Of a stretch of 64,000 nucleotides of DNA, positions 63,409-64,000 are shown one piece after another. Made by a program: the position numbers and the translations under genes. The number at the start of each line of letters is the position of its first letter. Within the stretch, counting starts at the first letter, position 1. Location: assembly GCA_964553825.1 (NCBI GenBank), contig CAZKLT010000004.1, positions 3,137 through 67,136 of the forward strand, written 5' to 3'. The stretch is from an uncultured Gammaproteobacteria bacterium (GTDB lineage: Bacteria > Patescibacteriota > Microgenomatia > UBA10105 > UBA927). The notes beneath the pieces are model-generated. The model ran no database searches. It saw nothing but the letters and a program-made list of their open reading frames with translations, and had not been told where the DNA came from.

Positions 63409-64000
63409 TTAGTTAACAATCCACCAGTTGAATTCGATATCCTGCAGTATAGCTGTGTCCAGCGCGACCGTGAAGCCTTCGCCCGGTATAGTATCCATGA
63501 CGTAGAGCGCCTGATTTCCCGTTGAAGAGAGGGGCGTAAGGTAGATAAGGGTGTCAGAGGAAACTCGTGTGTTAGCAATAAAGATAGCTCGATTGCCAGC
63601 AGTCAGTGTACTTCTTCCGACAGAGGCACCGAGGATTCCTGAATCTGAGGCTGAATCCGTGAATCTCAGTTCGCTTATGGTCAGGGCACCGCTTACGGTG
63701 GCTGTTTGCGCAAACAGGGTTCCGGAAATTGAGGCATCTCTTGCAGCAAGCGAGCCGGAGAAGGTAGCGTTCCCTGCCTGATCGAGCGAAGCGACCATAG
63801 TTCCAAATGAATCTTTAATCGACAGGTTGCCACGCAGGTCCAAATTTCCGTTGATCATCACATCGCCCGTGGTGGTAACGACGATTGTGCCGCCCATAAT
63901 GTCAAGAGCAGCGAGGCGATTTTTTTGAATATACAGGGTGTCTGAAACCGTCTCGAGCGTATTGTTTTGGATGTGTACGGATCCGTCTACAACCATGCCG
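63409..64000 (-). CDS. Partial (N-terminus beyond window) repetitive beta-helix-like surface protein
   Basis: Gly/Asn/Ser/Thr-rich degenerate repeats (GNLDLRGNLSIKDSFG..GNATFSGSLAARDASISGTLFAQTATVSGALTIS); frame stays open to the window end. Confidence 0.45.
   Translation of the reverse strand, partial: GMVVDGSVHIQNNTLETVSDTLYIQKNRLAALDIMGGTIVVTTTGDVMINGNLDLRGNLSIKDSFGTMVASLDQAGNATFSGSLAARDASISGTLFAQTATVSGALTISELRFTDSASDSGILGASVGRSTLTAGNRAIFIANTRVSSDTLIYLTPLSSTGNQALYVMDTIPGEGFTVALDTAILQDIEFNWWIVN

Noticed and set aside
1-64000. CRISPR arrays, tRNA/rRNA genes, transposases/integrases
   Set aside because: No regularly spaced direct repeats were seen. No tRNA-like T-arm or anticodon-stem signatures appear in any intergenic region. 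No DDE transposase or recombinase-like ORFs were found. The only repeat structures are the intragenic Y/S-linker repeats and the duplicated intergenic element reported above.

Overview
The 64 kb window is almost entirely coding and reads like a cell-envelope and surface 'accessory' region. No rRNA, tRNA, CRISPR array or transposase was found; ORFs that run off a window edge are absent from the supplied track and were translated by hand. The lineage may be CPR/Patescibacteria-like. This is inferred from GT-C/TPR fusion membrane proteins, multiple type IV pilins, many paralogs and weak or absent Shine-Dalgarno sequences.

Part A (1-33.6 kb) is a large glycan-biosynthesis island.
- At least nine polytopic GT-C-like membrane proteins. 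One carries a C-terminal NPCBM carbohydrate-binding domain, and two are fused to long TPR arrays.
- Four GT2 polyprenyl-phosphate glycosyltransferase-like enzymes.
- Four SDR sugar epimerase/dehydratases.
- Two DegT-family aminotransferases (a third lies at 57988-59223, downstream of the array) and two hexapeptide N-acetyltransferases.
- A Gfo/Idh/MocA oxidoreductase that, together with one aminotransferase and one acetyltransferase, forms a WbpB/WbpE/WbpD-like trio.
- An ATP-grasp enzyme, a HAD phosphatase, a SAM methyltransferase, and a membrane protein fused to a spermidine-synthase-like domain.
- A GIY-YIG nuclease gene wedged between two membrane glycosyltransferase-like genes.

Part B (34-39 kb) is an alternating cassette of small membrane-anchored paralogous proteins on the + strand and N-anchored leucine-rich-repeat proteins on the - strand.

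Part C (39-58 kb) is the most striking feature and my best candidate for an undescribed system.
- Fourteen tandem paralogs of a Cys/His-rich, N-terminally membrane-anchored protein family.
- Every copy shares the motifs H-x3-H-x2-G ... C-x4-6-C-x-H-G ... C-[YFM]-H-G-[ILA]-G-H-G ... C-A/Q-x-G, plus repeated C-x8-11-C[YFW] units.
- Twelve copies form one translationally coupled operon with overlapping stop/start codons.
- Four copies carry an extra N-terminal cupredoxin-like beta-sandwich domain with an H ... H-D-H signature instead of the blue-copper Cys.
- The array is interrupted, on the opposite strand, by a secreted protein ending in a bona fide Hint/bacterial-intein-like (BIL) domain, preceded by a Tyr/Ser-rich low-complexity linker encoded by tandem DNA repeats.

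Part D (58-64 kb) holds a third DegT aminotransferase, a GT2 and a methyltransferase. It ends with three tandem type IV pilin/pseudopilin genes and a partial beta-helix-like surface protein.

Non-coding signals:
- A conserved palindrome (TTTCTTTG-N6-8-CAAAGAAA) sits 10-14 nt upstream of three consecutive genes.
- Two of those copies lie within a duplicated ~130 bp intergenic element that carries a further palindrome.
- A sigma70-like promoter plus intrinsic terminator may define an ~80 nt sRNA or attenuating leader.
- Two TGnTACAAT extended -10 elements directly abut start codons, suggesting leaderless mRNAs.
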